Positions 47,320 to 49,073 of a stretch of 49,073 nt of DNA are shown here, piece after piece. Each line of letters starts with the position of its first letter. Positions within the stretch are counted from its first letter, which is position 1. Source of the DNA: Oopsacas minuta (lineage: Eukaryota; Animalia; Porifera); contig JAKMXF010000050.1 in assembly GCA_024704765.1 (NCBI GenBank), forward strand, positions 1-49,073. The letters are read 5' to 3'. The position numbers were made by a program, and so were the translations under genes. The notes below the pieces were generated by a model. That model saw only the letters and a list, made by a program, of their open reading frames with translations. It was not told the DNA's origin and made no database searches.

Positions 47320-48010
47320 TGCAATGTATTGCTGTGTTGCAAAGTATTACTGTTCTGCAATGTAGTGCTGTTGCAGGATACATTGCAAATGTTGTAGTGG
47401 AAATGTTGTAGGTGAAATGTTATAGTAGGAAAGTTGTAGGATATTGCTTGTATACTGTGTTATATTGCTGTTGTAGTAAGATTTATATTGCAAATGTTGT
47501 TGTAGAAATTATGCTGTATTGCAAAGTGTTGCTTTACCGTTTGCATTGTGGATGTTATGAAGGGAAAATTGTAGGCTATGTTATAAACTGCTGTTGTTGG
47601 AATTTTGCTGTATTACAATGTATTGTTGTTGTGTTGCTGTTAGTTTGAGATTAATGTTGCAAATGTTGTTGTAGGAATTATGATGTGTTGCAGTGTATTG
47701 CTTAGATGTTGTAGTTTGCAACTGTTGTTGTGGAAATTGTTGTGTTGCTGTTATTTGGAGATTAATGTTGCAAATGTTGTTGTAGGAGTTATGCTTTGTT
47801 GCAATGAATTGCTTATGTGTTGTAGTTTGCAAGTGTTGTTATGGAAAGTATGCTGTATTGCAATGTATATCTTTGCATTGTAAATGATGTTGTAGAAGTT
47901 GTCCTGTATTACAATGAATTGTTGTTGTATTGCTGTTATTCTGAGATTAATGTTGCAGGTGTTGTTGGAGTATTGTTGTAGAATACTTTGTTGTTTATTG
48001 CAGGTGTGTA
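47320..48010. repeat. Degenerate tandem repeat, ~111-bp period, G/T-rich on +
   Basis: TTAATGTTGCAAATGTTGTTGTAGGA at 47651 and 47762; weaker copies near 47382, 47485 and 47947. Confidence 0.7.
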
Positions 48011-48758
48011 GAGCTGATGTTTGAATGTTGTGTAGCTGTTATGTGATTTGTTTGTGTTATAGATGCTATCTTTGTTTTGAATAGAATATTACTTGTACTC
48101 CTTGTAGGGGCTTTGGGAAACAATGCTGAGAGCTCTGAGGTGGTGTTTGCAAGCTGGTGTTCTCAAGCTCATTGTTTAAGAAGGATAGATGTAGAGGATA
48201 TTTGTGTGAATATGTTATATATGTAGAAAGGTATGTTAGTAGTATGATCTTATGTTAATGGATAATAAAGTTTGCAAATTGGGGACCTGTTAATTTTTCG
48301 TATGTTAAATTGAGCTAACTGTTCTGAAAAGTGAAATGGGTGACAGAAGAAGACGATTATAGATGAATATGAAAGAATTATAGAAACCAGGGGTTGATAG
48401 GAGCGGGACGAGACGGGACTTTTTATTTTATTAGCTATAGAAGGGGCGCATTGGAAGGGGGTATGGTTTTTTAAAGAACGGGAAATTTGGGGTCTAGGTG
48501 TCCTCACTGTATTAAATAGAACCAATTCAAGCACAAGGAGAAGTCACTAAATGGAAAGAAAAGGAAATGAAGAAGAGAGCGATAGATCCACGTCACTAAA
48601 TCAAGCGAATGGAGACAGCTAAGGAAGCTTTTATTGTATTAGTTCCTAACTGTTTCGTCCTGAGAGAGAGTGTAGTAGAATAAATGGAGAGGGAGAGAGA
48701 CTACTTTCTTATTGTATTAGTTATTAGCTTGGTTGTTATAGACACAATCAACAACAAC

Positions 48759-48860
48759 GATGGATAATGTGTATTAAATGATACAAATATTGTTGTAGAT
48801 AATGGATAATGTGTGTTAATATTAGAAATGTTGTTGTAGATAATGGATAATGTGTGCTGA
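48759..48860. repeat. ~41-bp tandem repeat (further copy at ~49037)
   Basis: TGTTGTAGATAATGGATAATGTGTG at 48791 and 48832. Confidence 0.7.
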
Positions 48861-49073
48861 TGTTCTAATAATGAAGGCAAAAATGAAAGGATACTGTAAC
48901 TAAATGATTGAAATAGAGATGCAGTGAATGATTTTGATGTCATTGTAGAAGGATTTCAAGGCTGTGAGTCGATTGATGGATTTTTTTTGATTCAAAGCTG
49001 GGTTATGGAGTGTCTTCCTAGTATTAGAGATAAATAGATAATGGATAATGTGTATGAATGTTGAATTATTGTT

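Noticed and set aside
1417-47883. Numerous antisense or shifted-frame ORFs in the track (e.g. 1417-1626, 2998-3279, 11237-11575, 22325-23224, 47130-47883)
   Set aside because: Shadows of real exons or of low-complexity repeats.
1-49073. tRNA, rRNA, CRISPR arrays or prokaryotic systems
   Set aside because: None seen; the window is spliceosomal-intron-rich eukaryotic DNA.

Overview
AT-rich, gene-dense eukaryotic (animal) DNA with many short GT-AG introns (32-110 nt); it looks like a compact sponge genome, but the taxon is my inference. Recognisable genes: a CAP-Gly terminal exon, CECR2, PDE12, COX6B, a CD225/dispanin, two tetraspanins, an EGF-repeat type-I membrane protein, a PNPLA2/ATGL-like patatin lipase, a PDZ protein and two divergent Maf/CNC-like bZIPs. 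Mobile DNA: a 3.19-kb Mutator-like transposon (67-68-bp TIRs, perfect 9-bp TSD) in a lipase intron, plus several MITEs. Main unexplained signal: a ~90-aa beta-rich domain I cannot assign to a known family, present five times in four genes. Three genes are tandem (785-5209). The fourth is nested antisense in PDE12 intron 2, and its domain exons are absent from the supplied ORF track. In three genes the domain is a symmetric phase-1/phase-1 exon, and it is combined with CCHC zinc fingers, coiled coils and SH2/SH3-type ligand motifs. Four 1-nt frameshifts in two otherwise clean genes all fall in base runs and may be assembly errors. All exon structures were derived by hand; no database searches were run.
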